From contig CM052830.1 of assembly GCA_028534125.1 (NCBI GenBank), positions 23,498,001 to 23,562,000 of the forward strand: 64,000 nt of DNA. Reading direction: 5' to 3'. Positions 1-12,200 of the stretch are shown in pieces. Position 1 is the stretch's first letter, and each line of letters opens with the position of its first letter. The notes below the pieces were generated by a model. It ran no database searches, was not told the DNA's origin, and saw only the letters and a list, made by a program, of their open reading frames with translations. The DNA is from Lama glama. Its lineage: Eukaryota. The position numbers were made by a program, and so were the translations under genes.

Positions 1-280
1 CGACACGAAGACTGCGGTTCCAATGCTCAGTCCTCTGGTACCTACCCGTGTCACTCTATTCTGAAACACTGTAACCTTGGTACTTTGGGTGGTTAAATAC
101 CATCATGTAGGCATTTTTAAAAACACTTGCCACGTGCTACGCTGGGCACCTCTCCTCTACCTGGTGACCAGGGGTTCATCTCCTGCTATCTTAACAGGCA
201 CCTAGAGGCATGCGCTGCACCGAACATTCCTCATCGAGCAAAGGAGTGCGCTTTTAACAAGTGTTCTGACCACATCTTCA

Positions 281-452
281 CTATGTTTCATCTAATCCAA
301 GACGCACTGTCCTGTTATGTACCATGGAAAGGAAGAGCACTGCTCTTCTAGGCCCCTAGTTATCCAGTGACACGCTACTGACTGTGGGATGCACCCAGGT
401 TCCCAAACGTGAGAATGCGGAAGAAAAGAAACACGTTTCACAGACGATGGTA
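281..452. mobile_element. Short TcMar DNA-transposon remnant (MER104/Kanga-like MITE)
   Basis: Starts CTATGTTTCATCTAATCCAAGACGCAC, resembling the MER104 terminus CCGTATTTCATCGATTCTAAGATGCAC. The distal part resembles the complementary terminus. Length is about 175 bp. Confidence 0.4.
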
Positions 453-781
453 GTTGAGACCTTCCTCCAACACGTTGTTTTCTTTCTCGTTCCTTGGTTT
501 CCTTGGGACGGTGAACACATTTTCTTGGGTCTGCTGACCGGTTGTTCTCTAGAGCCAGTTGGGCTTCGGTCTACTCCCAGAGCCTCAGACGGCGTCTCCG
601 TTAAGAAGAGAATGGAGTGCAGTGGCGGGGGGAGGTGGCCCTGGCCTGGTTCCCCAGCCTTGCCTGGAGAGACCCTGCCGCCTCTTGCTCTAGAGATGGA
701 GTCCCTCTGCTCTCCTCCCCTGCCTTGCTCCTGGACCACATCCATCCTCCTAGGGCCTGAGCCTCTCCAAGAATCACTTAC

Positions 782-874
782 CTCTACTAGGAGGCCCTCA
801 AGAGTAGTGGACGGGAACATCCCACCAGGAGTTTCCTCAGTCCTGGCCTTAGACTCTCCCGGATGGAGCAGCGT
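782..874 (-). other. Candidate 93-nt spliced exon of an unidentified transcript
   Basis: Minus strand reads ...ctccccattgccttccaccctttgccttcag|ACG...GAG|gtaagt. It has 31 open codons in phase 0. No protein family recognised. Confidence 0.25.
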
Positions 875-1157
875 CTGAAGGCAAAGGGTGGAAGGCAATG
901 GGGAGTTGGTAAGAAGTCACCACTGGTGGAAAAGCTACTCAGCCCTTTCCCTCTGGTTGTGGCAATTGTTCTTGGCCATTAACTCTCAGTCACTCAGGGA
1001 ATTTTCAGGTGGAGCTAGAAGGATCTAGAAGCTACATGTATACTTATTTCACAGACCCCATCTAATGTCTGCCCGGAGAAACGGCTCCTTTCTAAGGGCC
1101 CTTCCAGTAACTACATTTATTGAGCATCTGAGAGGCACTGGGTATCGCCTTCTCAGC

Positions 1158-1600
1158 TGTGCTAGTCAGGACAGGCTGGGTTATGCTGCAGAGACAAGCA
1201 CCCAGTTGTTGGTGACTTAAGCCAGTGAGAGTCCATGGGTCTTGTCACTGGCGGAGGGTCCAGCGTGGGCATCGCCATCAGGCGGCTCTGCTGGCCGGCT
1301 CTCCTCCGGGAGGCCACACAGGGGTCCAGCTCCTTCTTACTCAGCTTAGGCTCTGCTGGCCTCGAGAGCCTCACCGTCTCCCAGGCCTTAGAGCCCGTCA
1401 AGTGCTCCTCGGGGTCTTCTGCACCCAGCCAGCCAACCAGCAAGGGGTGCCTGGGGAGGGTCCAGGGGCCGGGCCTGCCAGTGGCAAATCTCACTTCCGC
1501 CACATTCCACTGGCCAGAGCTTGTCCCATGGCCCTGCTCAGGTATGAGGGCCATGCCCAGGAGGAGCCTGAAATGTGCAAGTGATCACTTACTGTTGCCT
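1158..1600 (-). mobile_element. MaLR solo LTR (MLT1J/K/L-like)
   Basis: TGTGCTAGTCAGGACAGGCTGGGTTATGCTGCAG terminus and CACTTCCGCCACATTCCACTGGCCAGA internal motif, both typical of old MLT1. Confidence 0.7.
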
Positions 1601-2123
1601 CTTCCTCTCCAAAAATGGCCTCCACTGGCAAGTGGCATGAAGATGCAAACTCAAAATAGTGTCCCCTTCCTTGTTGCGCCAGGGCCTAGAATCCACTGTG
1701 GGACAAAATTAAGTGAGCAACCAATAACAGAGCAACAAAACCCAAAGAGCAACACACACACGCTTGGCCGTTCACACCGCAAGCTGCTCTGAGACCCCAC
1801 AGTGGCCCTGCTTCGTCACTCCTGAGAAGGGCAGGTTGCCCCAAAGAGGAGGGGCAGTCTGCAGAGGGGACAAGGGTCTGGAAGCCAAGGTCCTGGGTTC
1901 GAGCCCCACCCTCCCCGTTGTTGGCTGATGGTGTTAAGCGAGAGCCTTCCTGTCTCTGAGCGCCGGGACTCTCCTCAGTGGTAAAACTGCATAAACCAAA
2001 GTGGAGTTTTCTGATCTTACAACAGGATGCTGACAAATCCTGGTGTATTCACGGAGTCCACAAGACAATAGTTTTGAAACCAGGACCAAAGCAGTGGACT
2101 AAGTAACACTGTGTAGGACTAAC

Positions 2124-2345
2124 TTAGTTTCCCGTTGCTGCTCTAACGAATTACGTGAGTGGCTGACAAGCTAACTGAATGGCTTAAAGCAACCCACTCT
2201 TATTCTCTTACAGCCCTGGAGGTCAGAATTCAGAAATGAATCTCATGGAGCTAAAATCAAAATATCAGCACGTCTGGCTCCTTCCGAAGCTGCCTTGCCT
2301 CTTCCAGCTTCTAGGGCTGCCGCATTCCTCTGCTCACCCCCTCTC
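2124..2345 (-). mobile_element. MaLR LTR fragment (MLT1C/D-like)
   Basis: TTAGTTTCCCGTTGCTGCTCTAACGAATTAC...GGCTTAAAGCAAC...CTGGAGGTCAGAA...CTAAAATCAA...TTCCAGCTTCTAG. Confidence 0.75.
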
Positions 2346-2394
2346 GGTGTACCCTCCCACCTGCCAGCCTTTCTTAGGCCGAGAACAAATCTCC

Positions 2395-2592
2395 GGTGTG
2401 GTGGTGAAGAGGCTGGGCTCCTGGGCCCGTCTGCTTGCATTTAATTCAAGCTCTACCACGTGATACCATCCAACACTGGCTCTGTGACCTGGGAAAGCTG
2501 CTCTGCTTCTCTGTGCCTTGGTTTCCCCACCTGTGAATTGGGATATAATGGCAGCCACTTCAGAGAGCACTGTGAGGACTCGGTGAGTTGAC
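2395..2592 (+). mobile_element. MIR SINE
   Basis: MIR core: CTGTGACCTGGGAAAG...CTCTGTGCCTTGGTTTCCCCACCTGTGAATTGGGAT...TGTGAGGA. Confidence 0.75.
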
Positions 2593-2709
2593 ACCACCAA
2601 TGGGAAGGGCATTTGAGGGCCCTGAGCATCCCCAGACCACAGGCCCCATGCACCCCTGTTCCCCCCGACCCACGCCAACCTCAGCAGAGACAACCACATC
2701 AGAGGCAAG

Positions 2710-2930
2710 CCATCGCCTAAATGAACCAACTTCCAGATCAGTTTATTATCAAAACAGTATAAACATTGTTTGTATGCCCAATAAACAGTTCCTCAGCTCT
2801 GCAAAGTGAAATATTCCTTTCATTATGAAACTGAGAAGCCATTTATCCCGCGTCCTAAGTGGTGTAAATAGACCGCGTGGCAGTCAGCGGAGGGATAATG
2901 GCACTGTTTATTTTCACTAGCTCAGGATGG
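2710..2930. promoter_or_regulatory. Putative conserved enhancer with a forkhead-site cluster
   Basis: Repeat-free AT-rich island with about five RYAAAYA-type sites and a SOX site CATTGTT. Confidence 0.4.
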
Positions 2931-4869
2931 GCTGACACAGCGTGTACCCGGGGCGCGAGCGGGGCTCCTGGAAGGGGACCCGCAAATCCGTCACTCCCGC
3001 CAAGAACAAGGTGCCGGGCATCTGTCGTCAGGCTCTGCGTGCCAGGTGCAGGCAGGCGGGGGATGTCGGGATTCCACCTGGCACCTGGAGGAGCCAGCTC
3101 CGCGCTGCAGCTGAGAGAGGTCCCCGCGGAGGGGGGAGCTGGTGGACCTGGGCGCCCGATGACCCCCCCACCTCGCTGCTCAAGATCGCCGTCGCACAGG
3201 GCCTCAGGCATGAGCCTGCAAGCGACCTCGCAGCGCAGGAAGCTGCCCACCCCAGTGAGTGTGGCAGGACCAGACGCCGAGGCTGAGAACGGGGTCCAGG
3301 GTCAGGCTCCGCTCTCTCAAACATGGGGTATCGGGCAAGTCCTTGGCTCCCTGCCCCCTGTCCACTTGTTTCTGCAGCGGGGACGTGACTGAATGGAGCG
3401 TGTGTAGGTGTTCAGCTTTGTGCAAGCTCATGCCCTGATTTTTCTGGAGAGGAAACAGAATTCCATAGACAGAAGGTCAGTGGCTCGTGGGCGATTCCAG
3501 ATCAGACCTAGGTCTCCTGGCTCCTGGTCATGAGTTCTTCCCACCAGTGCGTTCCTCGGATTAAACATCATCTCTGGAAAGGCAGCGCCACTGTCTCTAC
3601 ATGCACTGCGTGCCTCCAGGGCGTGGGGGCGGCTATTTCCATGGATGGCGCCCACCAGGGTGGTGGGCACACTTCCTGCACAGCTGGAGGGGGTGGTCTC
3701 CATGGGCTGAAGGCCTCAGCTCGGAACAAATGTGTTTCTAAGGAACAGAGGACACCTTGGCCCACTGACACTTCGGTACAGATTAATTTTATTCCCTCCC
3801 TGGCAGAACATAGCAATCAACAGAGTTGGAACCTGAGACACTGTGTTACTTTGGAGTTTCAGGATTAGAAGGACCAGGACTTGGGACACAGCCTGGGTTG
3901 AAGGCTCTGCATCACTGGGGGGCGGGTATGTTGACCCCATGAGCACCTAAGATAAGGAAGGGGAGATGGGAGAACCCTCAGTTGGAAGGGATGAATGTGG
4001 ATGCTGGACGGGAGCCTTTCCCTGAAGAAGGCCATGATGAGTCACTTCATCTCTTTGAGACTCACTCTTTTCATCTCTACAATGGGCATAATAATATCTC
4101 ACAATTCCGAAGAGCAGAGGCTAGACCGGAAGATCCTCACAGGGCTGTGCCAGCCCCAGAGTCTCCACTGGGCTGAGTCAGTCCTGTGAGGCGGGTGGGA
4201 AGCTGTATGCGTGTTTAGGATTCTTCCCCACTAGAGTGGCCGGGAGCCCCTGGTTGGGTGGGGAATGAGGGAGCCGAAGGCTGCTGGGGCGCAGGCAGGG
4301 TCTGGCGGGAAGTGACCAGAACAGAGGGCTTGGGCCCTTTCGCTGAGCGGAGAACCAAGGTTTCAGCCGTTGACATGAGGGCAGGGAGATGGGGCCGTGC
4401 CTGGGTCCGACCTGAGGGTCTGGGTGTGTGTGTGGCGGAGGAGGTGCCCGGGTGGGCTTGGCCCCACAAAGGGCTGGGAGAAGGTTCAGGAAAGGATGCA
4501 CAGAGCGAGTGTGAAGCCCTCCGGGTGCAGGCCACCTGCTGTCCCCAGCGTCGGTCAGGCCAGGGCAGAGGCTGGAATCGCTCCACGTGTTCCAAGCAGA
4601 TTTAAGGCAAGGAGTGGGTTACAAGGGGCGAAAAGATCAGAGGGAAAAAGGAAGTGAAGCTCCTTACCCTTCCACCGGGGGCTGCTCCCGTGCGGGGGCT
4701 GAGGCCCTCAGCCCTGTGCAGCCCAGCTGCCCTGCCGGGCGCAGCCCCCCAGTGGGCACCTGGAGCTGCTCTTCTGCAGATGTGCTGGGACCGCCTCTGA
4801 CCTGCTGCAACCCCCGGGCCCCGGCTGCCCCGGCGCACAGCCCCGCCGCTGCTGGAGGCACTGGATGGC

Positions 4870-5050
4870 AGCAGACAAAGGCTTTCTCCCTCTTCCCTGC
4901 CTTCCAGTCTCCTGCAAGTACTTCCTATGGGCTGAACCTCATGGGAAGCCAGCAGGCAAGGGAGTCTGGGAAATGTAGTTTGCAGGGATAGTCCTGGGGA
5001 AGGCGGCAGGAGGGGAGAGTGTGACACTGAGGGCCAACCTGCATTATCTG
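4870..5050. mobile_element. Ancient ERVL-class LTR fragment (LTR33/LTR16-like)
   Basis: CTGCCTTCCAGTCTCCTGCAAG...GGAAGCCAGCAGGCAAGGGAGTCTGGGAAATGTAGTTTGCAG. Confidence 0.5.
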
Positions 5051-5129
5051 GAGCAACCCGCGGCCACCGGATACATCATCCGAGGTGAAAGTTTACTCTG
5101 GATCCTTCTAACCACTTTTTTTTGTGGTG

Positions 5130-5245
5130 GGTTTTATCCTGTCCATTTTAGGCATGAGGCTCAGAGAGGTTCACTACAATGCCCGGGGTCACACAACCAG
5201 CAAGTAGCAGAGCTGAGGTCTGAGCCCTGAGCGTCTGCTCCTTTA
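5130..5245 (-). mobile_element. MIR SINE fragment
   Basis: TGAGGCTCAGAGAGGTT...GGTCACACAACCAGCAAGTAGCAGAGCTG. Confidence 0.7.
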
Positions 5246-5956
5246 TGCTTGGGGCACTGCTGGTCACTGGGTTCAGCTGAGCCAGGGCTTTGAACAGGTG
5301 GCCGCTCCCAGCAGGAACCAGGGATTTGGGCGGAAGCCAGAAAGCCAGGTGAGGCTCGCTAAGTGGGAGGTAGGGTGGGGGAGGCTCAAGCCCACGCGGT
5401 CCCCTGGGGCTGAGTTCGCCAGCAGGCTGCCGGGCTCGGGAGCAGTGGGTGTGCCCGCTCCCGTCCGGTGTGGAAGGCAGTGCTACCCCACTCTTGAGCC
5501 AGTGTTTTACTGCCCAGAGTCGGGTGGGGGAGATGGGGCCTGACCACTGCCCACATTTGGGGGGGGGGAGCTGTGTGACCACGGCAGCGTGCCAGAGCAG
5601 AGCAGTCATGGGTCCGAGAAGCCTGGGGCAGCCTTGGCTCTTTGCTCCTCCAATGTGGAGGAGGTGTAGGGATCCAGGGACCGACCGCAACTGGATGGAG
5701 AGAATGCCCCGGTGCGTGGCACTCTGGAGCCGGGGCCACACGGTCCCACACCCGGCATCACTCTGGCTGACGGTGGCAGGGCAGTCAGTGTGGCAGCGAG
5801 GTTGGTGGACCAAAATCCAGAGGCCGGGGCTGGCGTTCCAGCTGTCATCCCCTCACTGAGCCAGCGTAGGCAGATCACAGTCACTTCTGCGATTCTGCCG
5901 AGAAGTGGTTGCAAATACCACCTGTAAGGAATAGGAAAGACCCTCAGGGGAGGCCG

Positions 5957-5976
5957 TGGCCACTTGGGGGCGGCAC
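5957..5976 (+). promoter_or_regulatory. Candidate CTCF site
   Basis: CCACTTGGGGGCGG (5960-5973) matches 13 of 14 positions of CCASYAGRKGGCRS and is preceded by TGG. Confidence 0.3.
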
Positions 5977-7049
5977 TGAGCGCCCTTTCCTCCTCCATCC
6001 GGAACGCTGCAGCTTTTCCAACAGTCTATTTCCTTGCCCCTTTCTCGAAGTCCCCCAGCTTGGCCTTCTTTGCTCCTTGTTGGCTAACTTTGGCTTTATC
6101 GGAACCACTGAAGGGGCCTTGAGGCTTAAGTCGACGCCATGGCTGGGGAATCTGGGGACGAGAGACGGGGTGGGGCTTGGTTCTGGCCGCACAGTTGCTG
6201 TGGACAGTGGAACTTGGAGGCCAGGGCTCCTGACCTCCCATCTAATACTCTTCTCAGCGAAGCCCTTGGGAAGATCCCTGGCTCCCAGGAAGACTCTTAC
6301 GTTGGAATAAATAAGCCTCATTGGGTTGACTTGGGAGAAGCAGGTTTGACTTCAGCCTCCCAAGACTGTCGGCTCAGTCTCCTCTCCCCTCACACTCCCA
6401 GTGTGTCCTCACCTGCCGCCTTCCCACCCAGATCAGGTATCTATTGCCGAAGAAGGCCGCGCAAGAACCACCCCAAAGCTCAGCGACCCAGGATGACAGT
6501 TGATCCGGCTCGCACTTGTGCTGGTGAGCCCTGCTGCGTGTGCTTGAACGCATGTCTGTGCTCTGGCGCCGGGGGGGCGGGGGGGAAGGACTGGGGGCTG
6601 GTGGGTCCTTGATGGCTGTGCCGGCACACCTGCTGGCCGTCTAGCTGTCAGCAGCAGTGCCTCGGTTTTTCTTGTGGATTCTAATCCTCCTGGAGGCGGC
6701 TCGAGCGTGTTCATGGGGCAGCGGGGCTGGAAGAACAGCGTGAGCTGAAGCCGCAAGGTCCCTTGAGGCTTAGAACTGGCTCACTGTCACTTCCACTGCG
6801 TGCTATTGAGGGAAGCAAGTCACAGCAGGTCCAGGTGCAAAGGCGGCCAGTGGGCGGAGCCTCAGTGCCTCCCCCTCCTTGGTGACCTGCCACATCTCCA
6901 CAGATGGAACGACTGCCCCGTCCCAGGGCAGACACTGCAGTGGCTCGCTGCGCTATCTGCTCTGCCCTCCTTCCTTGGTCATGGAACCCTGACCTTCGTC
7001 TGGGCTCAGCATCACGACTACGTTTCTCAGACTTCCCCGAAGCTGGGAC

Positions 7050-7335
7050 AGACAACATAACCAGATCTGGCCAATGAGTTGGTAGGAGAACCTGGCATAC
7101 CTCCTTTGTCCCTTTCTCTTTTTCTTCTGTCTGCTAGCTGCATGGGTTCTGGATGCAGTGGCTGGAGCGTGAGCAGCCACATGATCCCATCAGGTTAGGC
7201 AGTAAGATGGCAGAGAAGCACTGAGGTTCCTGGTGAATTAACGTCTTTTGTGTAAGAGGAAAACAAACTTGTGTCTCCTTGAAGCCATTGTTATTCTGAT
7301 GTTTTTGTTACTCACAGTTGAACTTGATCCTGTTA
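7050..7335 (+). mobile_element. MaLR/ERVL LTR 3' part (MLT1-like)
   Basis: GGCTGGAGCGTGAGCAGCCAC...AAGCCATTGTTATT...TTTTGTTACTCACAG...GATCCT end motif. Confidence 0.6.
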
Positions 7336-7459
7336 ATGGACTTTCCTCCAAGTACTGACTGCTTTTCACCTTCTTTCTATTTCTTATAATTGCCCCCGTC
7401 TTACAAAGCGCTCTAAGACCACACTCACCTCCACTTTTCCGGATTCCTAGATTGGGTAC

Positions 7460-7715
7460 TCAGGGAAGGCCTCTTTGAAGAGACGGAGCTTGCAGCGAGG
7501 AGAAACCAGGCAGGTGCTGTAAAGCACGCTCCTGCCAGGGGAACATCATGTGCAAAGGCCCTGAGGTGAAAAAGACATGTGAGTATTTGAGGAGATGAAA
7601 GAAGGCCCCTGTGAATGGAAAGCAAGGAGGGAAGGGAAGAAGAGGGCAGACAGTAAGCCAGACCACACAGGCACCATGTGGAAAACAGGAGGTTTTAGGC
7701 ACCATTATGTTCTGA
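7460..7715 (-). mobile_element. L2 LINE fragment
   Basis: CAGGGAAGGCCTCTTTGA...GGGAACATCATGTGCAAAGGCCCTGAGG, characteristic L2 antisense motifs. Confidence 0.75.
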
Positions 7716-8178
7716 TGGTTAGGACGAGGTTCTCCTGCCTGTAGTGGCAAACCTGTGTCAGTGACCTACACAGCCACGAGGAAGGCAGTCCAGGGTGCGC
7801 ACGGAGGCTCCAGGATGTCATTAGGGATCCAGGCTCTGTTAGCTCTCTGCTCCACAATCCTTATCAGGTGGCCCTATTCTCAAGTCTCCTCATGGCCCAA
7901 GATGGCTGCTGGAGCTCCAATCACATCCATACCAGGCACGAGAAGGGAGGTGGAGGAGGCCTCCGGGTTGACTCAATCCCCTGTAAAGAGCTTCAAGGAA
8001 GCCCTTCTGAGTGGCTTCCTCTGACGTCTCGTTGGCTACCCTTGGCTGCAGGGCAGCCTGGGAAATGTAGTCACCCGGGAGCCATTAGGCATGCACATTC
8101 CCAGCCTATATAAATCGGAGTTCTGCTGGAGGAAAGAAGGGGAGACGGTGTGTGCTAGGTAACAAGAAGCCTTTGCCA
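7716..8178 (-). mobile_element. MaLR solo LTR (MLT1J/K/L-like)
   Basis: AGGGATCCAGGCTC...CAAGATGGCTGCTGGAGCTCCA...GGCTGCAGGGCAGCCTGGGAAATGTAGT. Confidence 0.7.
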
Positions 8179-8224
8179 GAACTGGGTTCACACGAGACAT
8201 TTATTAAAAGCCTGTTTGTCCTAT

Positions 8225-8520
8225 AGCTACACGCAACGTGGACGAGTCCAGCAGACATAAGAGTGAGTGAATGAAGCCAGAATTGAAGACTGCTCTATGA
8301 TTCCAGACGAACCTAGTCGACGGTGATGACAGTCAGCAAAAGGGCGATTCCTGGGCCTCGGTGCCCAGGAGGAGGCATTAGGGAGCTTTCTGGGAAGCTG
8401 GAAACACTCCAGTTCTTGATCCGGTGGAGGTTATGAGGTGGATACCAGCATAGAAGTTAGTGAGGTATCTGCTTCACACTTGTGCTCTTACTGCACATTC
8501 CTTGTAACAAACTTCGATTT
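8225..8520 (+). mobile_element. L1M (L1MC/L1ME-like) 3' UTR fossil
   Basis: CTACACGCAACGTGGACGAG...GTGAATGAAGCCAG...GGGAGCTTTCTGGGAAGCTGGAAA...TCTTGATC. Confidence 0.65.
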
Positions 8521-8539
8521 AGCCCTTTCATTGTAACAG

Positions 8540-8800
8540 GCGCTGTGTGCTGGGAGTAGAGAGAGAAAGACACCATGAACCCCGTCCGCAATGCAGCCTT
8601 GTCCTGGAAATGACAGTGTTGAGGGAACAAAGACAGCCGGAAGGAAGAGGAGTTTGACCTTGTGGGAGCAAACCTGGGAAGCCTTCCTGGAGGAGATGAT
8701 ACTCTAACCCGAATGTTGAAAATGAATGGGAATTTGCTACTGGCTGGAAGTGGCTGGGCAGGGAGGAGGTGGTAGAGAGGATGGTGGTGTGTGCATGCAG
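8540..8800 (-). mobile_element. L2 fragment
   Basis: GGGAAGCCTTCCTGGAGGAGATGAT...TTGAAAATGAATGGGAATTTG. Confidence 0.6.
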
Positions 8801-9029
8801 CTGCGAAGGCTGAGTGACTGCCGGGAGTGGGATGGGAGGGAGCAGCGAGCCCAACGCCGTGGAGTGGTCCTCTTGCAATGCTGGCATCTGTCTGCCTGGG
8901 GAGAGTGGGGACCTTGGGGGCTGCTGGGCCGGCGGCCTGTACCACATGGCTGGGCAGGCCGGCCGCTGGGAAGCCCTCTTCCTTCCCTCCATCCCTCTCC
9001 CCTCCTCTCTGCTGCTCACAACGTGGTCC

Positions 9030-9250
9030 TGAAATGACACCAAGAGCAGCTGCTTAAGCAATTTTGCCAATTAATGGGTCTCTGAAATTAAACCGCCTGC
9101 ACAGCCTGGATGTGCCTCTCCGGGAGGAGTTTAGCAATTGTCTTCATGATAATCAGGCTTGACTCGCCTTCGCGCACATTAATAAAAAAGCGAAGGCGTC
9201 GGGAGAGATGCCCTTTCGAGGGGAGTATCGACAATATCGTAATGAGGCCT
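9030..9250. promoter_or_regulatory. Putative conserved non-coding element
   Basis: Unique AT-rich island with CAATTAAT, TAATAAAA, ACAAT and a 9-bp inverted repeat. Confidence 0.4.
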
Positions 9251-12200
9251 GGGGAGGAGGATGCTGAGGCCTGGAGCTGCATGCTCAAAACGGGTCCCCT
9301 CTGCCAGCGAGAGCCGGCTCCGGCCGGAAGCAGCCAGGCTCACAGTGGAGAATATCAATGCTCGCAGCCAGGCAGGCCGGGCTGGTCTGCAGGAAGGAAA
9401 GCAGAGGGCAGGAGATGCTGGGGAGGAGCAGAAGGAGGGCCTCCTGGAGGAGCAGGCAGGGTGGTGGCAGTGGGAGGGCAAGCCGGCCAGCGTGAAGCAC
9501 CAGGAGCAGGAGCGCCGGGCTGCTGCCAGCCCCCTGCCCCCACACTCAGCAAGGCCCAGGGACCCTGCGTCTTCATCCACAGACATCATCCTGTGACGGC
9601 ATGCCTTCCCCCACGCCAGAAGTGACCTCAGAATCCTCCACACCACATCCCCGACGCGACACTCCAAGTACACCCTCCCAGGTGGTGGGATCAGAACCAG
9701 AATTAGAGCCCACGTGCCATCCAGCCTGGGAATCTACACCTTTGCCCCCGCATTCAGCATCTTCCAGTCCCCCATGCTCTGCACCCTTTCCGCCATGCAG
9801 TCCCCTAGGGTTCCTCCCAACGGGCACTGTGTTGTCACAAGGATCAGAGGCTTAGGAGGTGAAGTTCTAACGGTGGGAACGCAGGAGTGGAGCACGGAGG
9901 TCCTCGAACTGCGACAGCCCCGGAGGGAAGGCAGCTAACAGCTTGCTGGCATCTACAGAATCAACCCCTTTTAACCTTTGCGTCAGTTCTCCTGAAAGGT
10001 GTGCCCTCTGTCTTGCGCAGGGGGATGTGAGGCTTGTGGAAAAGTTACACAATTTGCCCAAAGTTACATTGAGTAAGCGGCAGAGTTGGGACTGAAGCCC
10101 AGATCAGTGTGACTCTCAAGTCAGGTCAAGGAGGGGACACACCCCCCCCCCCACTTGGCTCCTGTTGGGTTAGCGCGCTCAGACTAGCGCGGGAGAATTC
10201 AGTAAAACGGAGGATGTCCTTTGTGTGCGGAGCCTCCCAGCTGCCCTGGGAGAGGGTGAGAGTGGGGAGAAGAGGGGAAGGGGGCGGGGACAGGCCAGCA
10301 GCACCCCCAGTCGCCTTCAGTGATGTGTTACGCACTTGCTGTGTGCCCGGCAGACTCTGTAGAACATGTGAGCCGCCCCAGAGAGCTTAACAGAGCATCC
10401 TGTTCCCTTCGTATTAAGTGCGAGCTTCACGCAGCTCGCGGTGGGCTGCCCGCGTGTGAGACCTCGGATGTGCTGTCTGCACGGCTCGGCTCCGACTCGA
10501 GGTCGCGCAGCTCTCAAGGGGCTGAGTGCGGATGGGGAAGCCAGCCCGTGGGGGGGAAGCCAGGCTCACTTCGCACCCCCACCAGGGCACCCCGCCGCCC
10601 GTCACCGGGCGAAGGAGCCAGGGCCAGCTTTGTGACCTGGCGGGGGGCACAGCACGGTGCCCCCTGCCCCCAGCTGTGGTGCCTGTGTTTACTGCAGGGA
10701 CGGGGCTGCTTCCCTGGGTGGCCCACGCCAGGCTGTCCTCTCCCACACTCCCACGGTCATCAGCAGTCTGAGCGCTGGACACCACGTCTCTCATTCTCTC
10801 TCTCCCCTAAACTCCCGACAGGGTAATTATTTTGGAATCAGCACACTTACTTAAACCTTCACGTGTGTAAGGCAGTGTAAGACTGTGCCAAACCTACACT
10901 AAATACAGCACATAACATCTACAGCTAAAACTGAAATGTTTTTTCTGAAAAAAAGGTCTCTGTTTCCTCCTCTCCGTGTGACTGTGTGTGCACAGCAGTT
11001 GCTGTCTGAGGGAAGGCGTTTGGTGTCAGTTAGTTTCCCTCGAGTGATTTTTAAACCAAGAACACACACGAGGCTCTAACTCCCAAGGCCGTGGCCGGGC
11101 CCAGACGTAGGACCACGGGCTCAGATCTGGGGACGCGTGCTAGGGCAGAGGGCAGAGCAGGCCGTCTCCTCCCCACACCCGCGTGAACGGCCTCTGTCCC
11201 CGCTTCGTCCCCCGCTCCATCACTAGCACTCACAGGGAGGTGCCGGGGCTGGGGGTGTTCCCAGCTCATCTCGTCCAACCCACACTCAACCCGGGGAAGC
11301 AGGCTCACCTAGAAACCCCACTTTTCCAGTTAGAGAAACTGAGACCGCCGACAGCATCTGCGTGGGATCACCCATCATTCTCCCCCCCTTGGCCCCCCTG
11401 GTGACAATGGCTTCTGTGGGGCAGATGCCAGGACCCGGGGCAGCCAAGGACAGAGCGGAAATGATCCCGCGTCGCCACACAACTCAAGGTCTGTGTGTTT
11501 CCTCCATACAAACCTCTCTCCCCCGCCAAGTCCCTCTGCTGTGTCCCCCCTCCTGGCACCTCCTCAAAGAGAGGCGTGGGTGACGGAGGAGGGGCCTCCT
11601 GGGACCGCAGCCCCCAGGCCCTGCCCGTGTCACCAAGGGCCACACTGGCTCCAAGCAGCCATGGCGACGGGAAAAGCCTGGACTCCAAGACATGAAGACA
11701 GAGAGCCCAGCGTTTCATTGGTGCCCTAGATGCTTCTTTCCCAAGTTAACAGCAATCACAAAGGGCCATGAGTTCCACTGCTTCCCCCGGTGGGGTTCCC
11801 ACCTGCTGCCTGGATTCGGATCCCGTGCGGCTCCAGAGGCTGGCCTGGCGGCTGGCGCGGGCGGGCAGCTGGGAGGGACTGGGCGAGGGGTCCCCGGGGG
11901 GCTGCCCCATCTGCAGGCTCCCCGCCTCGGCGCGGGAGCCGGGCGCACTCCGCACGCAGGGCCAACACCAGCGGCTGTCGGCGGAGGTTTCCGGGCCCTC
12001 GCCTGTCTGCTGTGCAGGTGGCTCTTTCCACTCAGAGAATGAAACGAGGGTCCTGACTCAGGTGACTTTCTAGGCGAAACTCAAGTCTTAATGTCAAGGG
12101 ATAGATTCACCTTCCCGCAGGGCGGGACCGGGGTGAGAAGAGTGAGGAACCACGAGTGCAAACTTCCAGGAGATGCTTAACTCTCCAGGCCGGGCAAGTG

